A DNA stretch of 64,000 bases from Balanoglossus misakiensis (Eukaryota > Animalia > Hemichordata), in the NCBI GenBank assembly GCA_040954595.2, contig CM082596.2, positions 4,147,025 through 4,211,024 of the forward strand. The letters are read 5' to 3'. The notes under the pieces were generated by a model that worked only from the letters and a program-made list of their open reading frames with translations, did no database searches and was not told the DNA's origin. Numbering within the stretch: position 1 is the stretch's first letter; each line of letters starts with the position of its first letter. This document shows, piece after piece, positions 38,801 to 50,890 of this stretch. Both the position numbers and the translations under genes were made by a program.

Positions 38801-41800
38801 CGTGGCTACGTGCTAGCGTTCAATAATGTTCACACAAGGGATTCTCCCTAAGGAGTACAATTACTGGCGCAGACATGACAGGAACAATTTTCAATTATAT
38901 TACTGGAATCAAAAGACTTTGTTGTGCCGAGCTGAAGTTTCTGATCTGGCCAATAATTGAATTTTACACTCCTTCAAATATTCTTAGTTATGAAATTTAT
39001 GAATTTTGACTTCTTGATCTGAGGATCCCGACCTCAACAGACTGATGAAAAGAAACTTAAATATTAGGTAAATAGTGCTGAAAGTGACCAACTTTGTCCC
39101 TTTAATATATACTAATATTTTTATAACATACACTGTATATTCAGGGCTTGTTTGCTAATGATAAATACTTTAAGCCATTCAGCAATGATTACCTAAACAT
39201 ATTAACATTACTGATTACTTAAAATAAAATGCCAAATGGTGAATATATGTTATAATGCTAGTAGGTTGCTATGACTACACAAGATGCAGACTCTTGTCCC
39301 TGGATGTGTTTCTAGGCCAGCACACAGTGTAGGGATCAGCTTTTTCCTAGTTCAAGACTGATTCTCCATACATGTGTCATCCTTCATCTCTTTACACTTT
39401 TACTCAGACACCAGCAGATGTTCAACTCCTTAACATCCGTCCAACAACAGAAGAAATGCTCTGATGCAAATATGAATAAATCAACCTGATGAATTGCCTT
39501 GTGTTTAAAAACTGACTTTGAAGCCGTACATGTATATATGTCCCACAAACGAGGACAAATTGCTACTGTAAAGATCAGTTATATGTTATCAAAGCTTGGA
39601 TCAGCGAAAAGAGTTTGACTGAAAATGGCTGTGGCTTCTTTCACCTGATGCCAAACAGAGAGGGGGGGGGACATGACAATGCCATGGCCCACACAGCTGT
39701 TTGGTTTGTAACTTAACGACCGCGCATTCTCATGTGATCCAAACACAGCCAAAATGCCAAAATGCACTATCAGGAGAGAAGACCACCTGATCCCCCACAA
39801 TGTAAAGGTTTCCACTCAAGACGCACATCTAAACATCCAACAGCAGCCAAACGTGGAAATGTGTAAACCAAGCAGTCGTCAAGGTTACTAATAGGCTCGA
39901 CATGGTAGAACACTGTGTTTTTTTCTCAAGTGGCATGCATATGAACGACCAGATGAGCTTTAAAATATATTGACCCATTTTTAAAGGTGTACGGAATCGA
40001 TTTCGCTAACTCTCTGCTTATGAGATTGACAGAAATCCAAAACTGCTGAAACCAAACGGCAGGAATTATAGCCAAAATCTAAAACAGGTACACTATAAAA
40101 CAGTATTTCTGATCAACCTTTCATATTGTATAATGTTTGATCATGCAATCAAATGTAAAAACTTAATATTTTTTTATGGCAAACATGATTGCTAGAACAC
40201 AGATATGATGGTAATAACAAAATCAATATGCAAGTCTGACCTAAAAATACCAACACTATTTGCTTTCATACTCGGAAATACAGTTGTGTCATAAATGGTA
40301 TCAAATTATATAAATAACATTTAGTTGATTGCATTCGGGACCATTTCCGACGTTTCCATGGTAATCGTGGTAATTTGCAGACACTAAAATATAAAATTTG
40401 GCAGGGTATTTAATCGTCACCCCCCTTTTTTACTGGGATTGCTGTAGACGGCTCTTTTATTGATTGTTAAGAGGATGCCGAAAGGATGGCAGCTGTGTGG
40501 GATCGAGTCCATGCACACACACACGCACACACACACGGCAGGCTGCCTCTCAGGAAATTGCACAATTGATTCCTGCGGCTTTGACAGGCAGCACTCGGTT
40601 ACGACACGATCATACTGTATCACAGCGCCGACAATTCGAATTGACTAAACCAGGCCAACAGTCAACCCCGGACGTCATTTCTGTATCAGAACACGCAGCA
40701 GAATTACTATAACGCCCCAGCCAACTGATCAGCTACTGACAAAAAAAACTTAATCTTGTATACAAATAACACTCAATTACTTTCAGTTAGGGCGTTAAGA
40801 GCTCTGTATTTGTATTTCAATTTTCTAATGGAGAGGTTTCATCAACGACAGATTTCCTGTCCGCCAAGCCATGTATCACAGAATGAAAGTTATCCAAATA
40901 TTCAGCCTATATGAATCAGCTCAGGTGGCATATAGCCTCCGTGAACACGCTGTGCAACCTCGAAGCTTGGCACTATCAAATAATAAATTGAATAATGCTT
41001 GCTGTCAGCCATGGTGTGTTGCTGAAAGCAGATAGCTCGAAGTTAAATTATCATGAAATATGCTTGCATGGATGTACATGTAGATCACACAGAACAGCAT
41101 GGGCCTTCTGGGGTCCTTATCTCATCATAACAGCTACCTGGGGCTTGGTCGCTGTACTAATTTAACCTTTCTGCCATCGAGAAAAGTCAAACATTTATAC
41201 GACTGCTGTGAGAGTAGTACAACACCGATTAGACCGATATGAACATTTTAACTCGGAATCCAGTTTTGAAATCCTCGGCTGTTGACATTTCTAGCGTACA
41301 CTGCTCTTGGCCGACATTAAAACCATCGTCTAATTTGCTGTTGAACATCGTCTTTCTCGATAATATCACCCATTCTAAACAGACTGACTGGACTTATCCA
41401 CATGGGATATAATACCGAGAGGCCCTGTAACCTGCGTCTGCAATGTTGGCAGAAGTTTAGCATACTTGAAGGTGCCCACGCTAGGGTCATGTCTCTGATT
41501 AGAATGATTATCCCAAATGACAAGCATTCAAAAAACCCTACTGTACTCAATACTAAGAAGCTTCTATCTCTATATATAACATTAACTGCAATATTTATGT
41601 AACGTTTGTCCACCGTGGTTTAATGCGATAACCACCATACAAATCAAATTGAGTGCTTATTTCTGTCTTTCTTTCCCAAGCATACAATGTAGCCGGCTTT
41701 TGCTCTGTCAATGTAAAAAATTTCACGCCAAATCCAACACTTGGCAATTGAAAATCCAGGTTAAGTATACACCCAGTACATTGACACTACAGACAAATTA

Positions 41801-42292
41801 CCAACCCTTACAACCTCCTACAAACACCTCATTCCATGTCCACTTTATAATTGGTTTCTGAGCGTCGGATCAATCCAGACATGCATTCAAGTTCCAAACA
41901 TCGCAAAAATCCTCACAATTTCTCCGAAATGTGTGTCACACGATGCCATTACACACAATGTACTGACTTCTTTCTCAAATTGGTCAATTCCTGCACACAA
42001 AGTCTCCTATGAGACTAATGCATCTAATGACTCTCATTACGAAGTCAGCCGAGCACGTCGGTCATTTTTACGGATCTTTCTGAACAGTAAATTACAAATC
42101 TCTCATTTCTGTGCGACAAAGTCATTCATTAATGCATGTGAGTGCTAGCTCAAATTTTGACCTTGTCCAAATTCACCAACACAGATGCAACCGCCATTTA
42201 AACTAATTTCCCTGCTAAATTAATTTTACACATTTCTCCTGTAATCGGGTTGACCACATTTAAACTGAGCTTGAGAAATAAATGTCTGATTT

Positions 42293-42309
42293 GAGAGAGA
42301 GAGAGAGAT
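42293..42309. repeat. (GA)n microsatellite
   Basis: gagagagagagagagat seen directly. Confidence 0.8.
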
Positions 42310-45300
42310 AGAAAAGAATCTAATGAGACATTGGAGTTCAGTGTTCAATCGAGACAATTAAGGTCAGAATAACCAGTGACCTTAATGACCCATGTAATCT
42401 CCAATGTGATGAACGACACTGTAATGTTTTGCTAAGATGTGTGGACAGACTCCAGATCAATCCGTGAAAAAGAAAACCCTAAGTAAAGTGACTACTGGTA
42501 TAATCCCACAGGAACTCGAGTATATGGTTGGATAATCCAAGTAATCCTTACCAGCTCATGCACACACTTTCACAAAACCACTTTCATCATGAAACGCATC
42601 TTTGGGTCAGAGGAGGGATGTGCAAATGTTTTTGAGTTTAAATGGTTATCAGAATCTGCATTTGTTTAAAAAAACACCCACAGGGCACAATATTCAATAT
42701 GCAGAAATGACACGTATGCTCACAAAGCATTAACAGCATTTTAGACTGTCAGTATGTCAAAATCAGATTGGCATACAGCGCCATATGAAGCGACACACAC
42801 TAGCATACTGCAGGCGATTGATGGGAAAGCTAGCAATTACTGATGTTAGAAAATATTGAGCTGTCACTCGAAATAGGCCATAAATTTTATTTTAATAAAA
42901 ACAGGGAAAAAGTTATTTTGAGCTCACTCGCAAACCAAATAAGCAGATGCAACTCTTTGTGGCAACTGCACCAAACACACCGTTCAAAGTGGTGCCACCA
43001 TATTGATCCAGTGCTGGGTCTACTGTACCGGTATATACACCTACTTTCATTTCAAAATGTTTTAGTGATGTCAGATCGACAGCATAGCTTTCTGAGGAGA
43101 TCTTTAATGGTCTGACTGTCACTCGAAATGATCACTAAATGGGCACAGTGGCAAACAGCTCTCTAAGTGGATACACAGTTTGTACATGAGAAGTCAGATC
43201 TCAGCAAACGATAAACACACTCCCGAACATGGAGCAATTATTTATGTCAGTTTGCTTTGGTAAATGGCACCGAGTCTCAAAAAGACCATGTGACATTTGT
43301 ATATCATGGTTGGTGTTTAATCAAGAGTAGAAGAAATACCAGTTCTGTAAATACAGCGAGGCTCTCCCATGTAATGCTTCAAACCTCCTCGCTCCTCAGA
43401 AAACATTGATGGCCGCTAATCTCGCGTGTATTTTGATCAAAGTACTAAGTATGCAATTACAAGCTGACTAGTGCAGTTCTGACAGCTGAAAGTGGTCGCA
43501 TGGATGATTGAGATTTTACTCAAGGAGGACGAAAGAGATGAGACGGCGATGGTGGAGACTGAGCACGTTTTGTGGTGCGAGGATATTGATTTGAGAAAGT
43601 TGTAAAAGCGAGGGGTGGCGACTGTCGCCTTCTCTGCAGGAACGTGTCCTGTATAATGAGTGACAATCAAACTGTGTCTTCTGACAATTCGTCATGATCA
43701 CGATTCCTAGCTTGAACTGTCAACAGACATGCTTATCCAGTAATCTGCGGACTGAAAGGACCCCACTATACGCCCAGGTGTGCAAACACTATCATGCAAT
43801 CGCACCCCCTCCCCCAAAACACTGCGATGGAATTTTAGCATCGACTGCACATCCAAGGCATCTGTGTCTTTTTTCGATCAGAGGTTAGATGCCCCTCCAT
43901 CTCCACAGGTCAAGGACAAAAAGCACACAATGAAAATCCATTAAGCACAATACAATATTAATATTGCAGTATTTTCACAATCAGTGCCTTTTTGTTGTCA
44001 CACACAAAAAGACTTCCTGTAAGCAGAGTGTGGTCGTGTCATCCGCTCTGCAACTAGAATCTCAACTAATTAAAAACACAACTGCAGTATTCAACACAGT
44101 ACTCCACTAATTGTATTTATCATACAATAATCAATGAATTTGTATTGTCAAGTAGTGAATGTATTTACCACAGAAAAATTACTACAGCACAACTGAATTT
44201 ATCAATAATTATTTCAACATTTTCATTACGGTAATTATTTTCATGATGAAAGCTCAGTAATTTTATTTTGTGAAGGAATGCATATAGTGCCACCCTCAAA
44301 TATTGGGGGGGGGGGGGGGGGGCTTTATTCCCTTACAAAATTTACTTCATTTTTTATGGGTACAGCTTTATATTCAACTACCTTCATTACAATGAACAGA
44401 TGATCTATTCGTGCTATTATGTTATTTCAAAAGTAAAGGCCAAGCATTAGCTGCCAGTGACTCTATTGACAACGTATGACATACTCTTAATGGACTTCAA
44501 ATTTAGTCCGATAAATCATGGCTATTTGCGATGTTTTTCTCAAATTTGACAATGAGTCCTGGAGCAACAAACAGTCAGTGAATTCCGGCTCCAGCTGATC
44601 TTCAATTATTTCCTGGTTTCCTTTCAAAGAAAGGGTGTGATAGAATTTAATCCAATAGCAAATACTCACAAACTAGTACCGGGGTACATTAGATCATGGG
44701 ATTTTTTTAGATTTATGAAATGATCTAAATATTTACCTTTTTTTGTTCAGTTAAACTGCAATCGATTTACCTTCAGAAACAACTATTTAACAAAATACTT
44801 TCCTGTACAGTATCCATGGTTGCAAATTAATCTCTATGGTAACTGTGATTAACTTCACACAAAACACTAATCAGTATCCCTCAATTAATCATTCTTTCCA
44901 ATTAATTCCAGTATTTAAAAAAAATGAAATATGTCTTTGGGTTGAGGTGAGGGTCAGGGAACAGTTATTTGTCAAGGCACTTCATAAGGCTATTACTTGA
45001 TGCAATAAAACCATAAAGTAAATTATTACTGCCATCAGAATTAAAGCTTGCTAGGTTTAAATACAAGAGAGACACAAGGATGACCCCAGGCAGGGGATGT
45101 GGGCCTTTATAAAGATTTATCACTATATGATACACTCTAAACTGAAATAAAACATTGGCCCCTGCAGGCAGGAAATGTTGGCCTTTAAAAATTAAACAGT
45201 ATAAATTTCAATATTAAGGTCAATCTGTACAAAATAAGGTCATGGTAAAAAGGGTCAACTTCTGATTCAAAATAAACGAAATGAAAACATCGGTTTTATT

Positions 45301-47288
45301 TATGATGTTCTTATAGTGCTTAGGTATATTATAGCTTTTTTATGCCCAGTGTAGTAGCTGATTGATTATTAACTCCCTGCTGAACTGCACATGTATGTTG
45401 TTGGTGACGTTCAATAGATACACGACTCAGGGATCTATGCAGATAAACATTTGCAGCAAGATTGGATTAATTTTCTGGAGAGCAATCAACAACTAAGCAA
45501 AGTGGCTTTGGGTTGGATTCGGATCTGAGCTGACAGGGATCGTGGGATTGCCTGCCCTGGATATAAACTTAAATCAAATAGGACACGTAGATAACGGTTT
45601 TCAACCAATGAAATACGACAGACACCACCCACATGTCTACACTCTGGCCACCGAGCACAATAGTGTATTGATCATGGAATGAATGAACACTACAGTTGGG
45701 ACACTAGCTTCTGTTTGAAGTCCAGTTGTGACCGACATACATCTGTGTAGTCTATACAATTCTCACACACTACCCGTGCAAATATCAGAATATTGCAAAG
45801 AGTGTGTGTGTGCATCAAACTTTATAAAAATATACATTTTCTGTGTATCATTTCTGAATTTCAGAAATGTCAGTAATGAATGATTAGAGCTTAGACAATG
45901 AGAATAATTCTTTGATTTATCGATTTCATTTTTGATACTAGTTAGCAATCACTCTGTCGTCATGGAATTATCCCAATCCCTCTGAAAGGATTAGTTTGTA
46001 GCTAATGACAATCAATTGTCGGATAATGATCATGACTGGAAATGTTATTTCATTAATAATTCAAATATTGATAAAAACTACTGTTTCATTCTTTTTAATA
46101 TCCAAACTTGCATGGTGGTGTTGTGACCATCCCATTAAAAGTTGCAATGGATACTTTGGGAATTTTCATTGGTGGGCGGAAAGAATTTTCGACTGCATGA
46201 CCTTACCAATTTTGTTTTATCACTTTACATTTGCCATGGAAGCAGAGGTCAAAGCAGAGTCTATTTGTCTGGCAGATTATACGAATCCTATATACCTTTC
46301 TTCAATATTTTATTTGCTGATGCACTAAACTATTCTATTTACTGATGTACTGACAGTATTAAATGTGTCCTTGTGACGTGTTCCTCGCAATAACCATAAA
46401 AATCTGGCCATGAATTTTACTTTTAATGACATTTTAGTTGTATCAAAACCAGCTCAATCCATTCCAAGGCTAGATCAGGATATGACATGTCAAAAGGTGT
46501 AATATAATAGGATTATCAATATACAGAATCCTAAACAAATAGATCACTACCAAAGAGAACCGTTCCACATCAAGCATCAAGGGACATTTTTTCAACAAAT
46601 ATGGAAAATTCTGAAATACCTCAACACCGATCAGAATCTCGCATCTGTCATTAAAGAACAGATCATTCTGTATCAACTGCAGCAATGTCAGATATGTATC
46701 GGCAAAACAAGAGCAGCAAAGTTGATATTTCTCGATCATTTTTTCATTGAAATATAGCCGCAGACCCCTCACTCTTCCAAGTTCAAAGTCAAATGCCACA
46801 CACTTGAACCGATGAAATATAAAACTAGCCATCAGAGATCAGGGGATGCAGTAAAGTTTAATGAGATACCACTGGAATTAATCAACTTGCAACTGAGTCC
46901 GATAAGAGTTCCACAGGAAACAGTCATTTAAAAAATATTAGCGGCCAAATTACTTGGTACTCGGGTTTACAAAATTAACATTTCCTTTTCTTTTTTTTCT
47001 TTTCCAGTAACTTTCAACGTTCAGAACTATAAGCTACCAACATAAACTGCCTGCTGACATCCACAGTATGCAACAACATGGAACGTTTGGGTCGACCATA
47101 AACAGTAAGTTAGATACATCCAATCACTAGAGATAATTAATATATAGACACAATTTTCGAGCTCACCATCACCATTCACAAACATCTACCGGATTCAGAA
47201 TAAAACTGAACAGCAATTTAAATTTCCGCTAACAACCACACCTGTGACAACATTATACATAAAACATAATTAAAGTAAAACCTTATAC

Positions 47289-47396
47289 CTGTCCCCATCA
47301 CAAAAGTACATATTTAATATTTCCCCCCGGAGAAAACTTAAGCCTTGTCTGGCTGGGAATGGTTGAAACTCCTCAGGCATTCCGGTTGCCAACCAC
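47289..47396 (-). other. Possible 108-nt cassette exon (open in phase 2, stop in phase 0)
   Basis: CTAAC branch-like motif, pyrimidine tract, tacag| acceptor, weak donor CAG|gtataa. Confidence 0.25.
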
Positions 47397-49825
47397 CTGT
47401 ACATGAAGGCGGAACAGGGAATACAGGATTTGCTGTTAGCCCTGGGGGAATATCCTGATGGAGGCCAACTGGGCATAATTTTATTTCAAAATAGTATATA
47501 TTAGAACATTTCTTGTGACTGGAACACTCCTCATGACTGTGGACAACTTTTAACATTGAAACTCAGTCGGCCTGCATCTGTGATGAATTGCACCATAAGC
47601 TCCATTGATACTGACTTCCGGCAAATTTCACTTTTCCGAAGTACCGTATATGTTCATGTCAGAAACTCTTCCAGAAGTAACAGTGGCTCTAACTACCAAA
47701 GACATCTTCATCACCCCCTCACCCACCCCCAAACAACCACCAACTGCCAATAAAAATAACAGAGTTGGACAAAACCAAGGTGGTGAAAGCTAGGATTAAA
47801 TCTACCAAAACTCCATCAGATTTATTTGTAACACCATGGGTCTCTTTACACATCCACAGCACTGTTGAAACCCTTTTGACAGCTCAACTACTTAGAACTT
47901 AATAGACAAACCACTTAAGTCTCTCTCGACAACTCCTATAGGGAACAGACCCCCATCACATGCAGATCAACCAGCTAATCCCACAAAAATGGCCAGGCTC
48001 TGACAATAACCACCAATAACACAGATACAAATCGCGCACACTTAACCAGTTCCATTTGACTTTGACTGTTTCCATGCCAACGGGCCATTTATCTTATACC
48101 CAATCTGATCACGCAAACACTTTCTGAAACGCGAAAATTCTATAAAACAGAGCGTGGATGAAAATGGTGGCACTTAATCATCCATACATTTCACCGCAAG
48201 ACGTTTCCACTCTATAATTTCATCACCACTTTCGGGAAAAGTCTTCCAGCAAATTTAAATACCAACATGATCCTTACTTTTATGTTTCTTATCAAGCAGA
48301 TCAAAACCCTGACATAAAATGTAGTCAGATTTTACACACTAAGTACACTTCCACATAAATAAACTTTTACGCCCATTTTCAACAGGTGACAATGCATGGA
48401 AATTTTGATAATTTAATTGAACTTTAATAGGGCAACTGATTTTTCAATTGCGGATTTCATCCAAGAGCTCAACAAAGGCTTGCCGCACGACTGTCTCCTC
48501 AAATTTACTGCTGACGTGCTGGTAGTGAGACATTTTGATAGTCTTTGACGAATTCTGGACCGGTATTAAAATATCATGTCATTCACACCGATCAGCATGT
48601 GAGCGCGATGCACCAGAACAGCTGTCCACAAGATACCTATTCAATTTGTCACTGCGGAAATTTCCTCGCCTACTTCAAACTCATTCCGAGGGTCGTGTTT
48701 GTGTTTTCCAGTCATTTGCATCGATATTTGCCCCCTGTGAAATTTGCAGTGCGTGATACAGTTAGAGTACAGGCGGGCATGAACAAACCGTGGGCAAATA
48801 TTTGAAAACGAATCTTAACTGAGGCCTGCTCCTTTCAACTCAAGCGTTTTCATTTCCTGTCAAAAGGTGTCTCATGTCCTCAACAGGGTGAGTAACCCAG
48901 TGACATGACCTACATTAAAGTGAGTGGAAATCTCACAACATCATCAATGAAACACACCACCCCCAACAGTTTCTTTTTGTGCTTGAATTGTATTCAGAAA
49001 CAAAGAAAGCCTTTTGAATTAGAACTACTATATAAACCAACCGTACACAATATCACAAATTTCCCTACCATTAAAACTCGCAAATAAAATGTTCTTACTT
49101 TACCCTATATATATCCAAATTATATTGCTGTTAACTTCTGCATCAGATTTGCTTTAATGCATGTTTATTTTTTCTTTGTAATAATGACACACTTACACAA
49201 TGTAAACACCGATTCTTTATAAAAAGACTGAGCTTTCAGCTGTAATGTGTGCAATATGGCCCACAATTATTTTTTTTATGTAAAGGTAATAGCCAAAATG
49301 GGATAAATCAATACATTGCACTTGTGTTGCCATGGTTACAAACAATTGAGTTTTGTATATCATGCTTTGTGTTTAAATAACTTAGCAAACCAGAGAGTGG
49401 TTACTTTGAACAGGGGAAGGTGTTGATTGCCTACATCTTACACTTCACAACTGCTTTAAATTTGGGCAAATGATACACTTTTATAAACTATCTCAATTAA
49501 ACTATAATAATTAGTTTGTGTGACTGTTGTCAACTACACTTTTATGAGCGTGTATATTACTGAAGAAGCGTATTAAAGCTTAGAGTTACCGTGACATACT
49601 TTACCCCTCCACCCCCACCCCCGATCAAAACGCCCGACCACGTTAGTTGCTATTATGCGTGTTTAACACGCAGTCACTATGCGCGGACGCGCGCGTAATA
49701 TAGTAGCCACTGCCTATATCGGCGCGTACGCGCACAGCGACTGAAACCTACAACGACTGTAGTTTTAAATGGGGTATATATGTACATGTATTTCAGATAA
49801 AAATGTGAAATGTTCATGAACGCAC

Positions 49826-49912
49826 CTCCCATTCCTCGATAGACAACGGCTGGCCCTTGGCTCCAAGTTGAGTCGCAGCTTTTGGTTCATTTCTTGATAT
49901 GGCTCCGGGACC
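49826..49912 (-). CDS. Symmetric 87-nt internal exon (GPGAISRNEPKAATQLGAKGQPLSIEEWE in phase 0)
   Basis: Long pyrimidine tract (rc of 49935-49980), acceptor ccgtcag|, donor GAG|gtgcgt, GC-rich open frame. Confidence 0.7.
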
Positions 49913-50340
49913 CTGACGGACAGTGCGTCCGCAGCAAAAGAGAAAAGGATAGGAAAAAAAGCGAGTAACTGTTAAAAAAAGACATGTAGACATTAACAGA
50001 ACAATATGATTGCTAATTAAAGGAAAGTTGATGAACATTTAAGAAACGGATGAATACGTACATCTTGCGTGTGAACGTAACTAACGTGCAACATCGCCGA
50101 GAATTACATATAAGAACAGTGGCAACAATGAGAGAGATAAAAAGCGTTGGGCAAAGCGAGTTGACGGCAATATTCGGTCACTGGTCCGTCCGTCGGGCAG
50201 CTCGAAAACACGCGAACTGGTTCGACACTAAGTGAAGTGGTTTCCCGGTAGTATTATTTGGATCTCCGAACGACATACGGGAATGATTCCAGTCTCTTAA
50301 CGTGGATGCATTAGGCAAATGGGTCCAGCTAACCAATTAC

Positions 50341-50561
50341 GGTGCGATATGTCCCCAGTCCATTGCCCTGGACTAACGCGGTTTTTACGAGACTGCGTGG
50401 AATTTCCGGTATGGGAGAACCAGCAAAAGTGCGGGAAACACGAATTTCCACAACGGTGACGGCAGTATCCGCTAGTTGCTCCAGGCTACATGCCCTGTTA
50501 TCGTGAGCGCGATCGTGTGAAATATTCCCACCACCAGAAATGTACACGCCCCTATCCTCCC
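50341..50561 (-). other. Candidate 221-nt exon (frame-shifting cassette or UTR exon with ATG at 50363)
   Basis: Acceptor cccacttttctgtcgcag|, donor ACC|gtaatt; one frame open throughout (phase 1 to 0); GCAATGG near its 3' end. Confidence 0.5.
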
Positions 50562-50769
50562 CTGCGACAGAAAAGTGGGATGGGCTACGCAAACCAAGTT
50601 TTGTAGCAGAGTCGAGCGCTGAGCGATATATAAATAACGATCAGGAGCATTGTCAGAAGTGGAAATTAAAGTGGATAATGGAATATACCATTAAAATAGG
50701 GGAAAACGTAACGAAACGCATAGTATAGCAATATGAGTGGTAAATCCAATATGTGTTACTTCCTCATCG

Positions 50770-50890
50770 CACAGTCGGCATATATACAGTATATACATAC
50801 ATTTATATAATACACACGTACACACCCGCACACACACCCACACACACACAGTGCCACACACTCTCATACATACGCTCGCGTACAGCCGTG
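50770..50890. repeat. Degenerate (TA)n/(CA)n simple repeat
   Basis: tatatacagtatatacatac...cacacccgcacacacacccacacacacaca seen directly. Confidence 0.7.

Noticed and set aside
46470-46832. 120-aa ATG ORF
   Set aside because: Composition typical of AT-rich non-coding DNA, only a weak internal donor, no recognisable family.
49314-49335. miR-25/92-like CATTGCACTTGT
   Set aside because: 3' half diverges and there is no properly spaced complementary arm.
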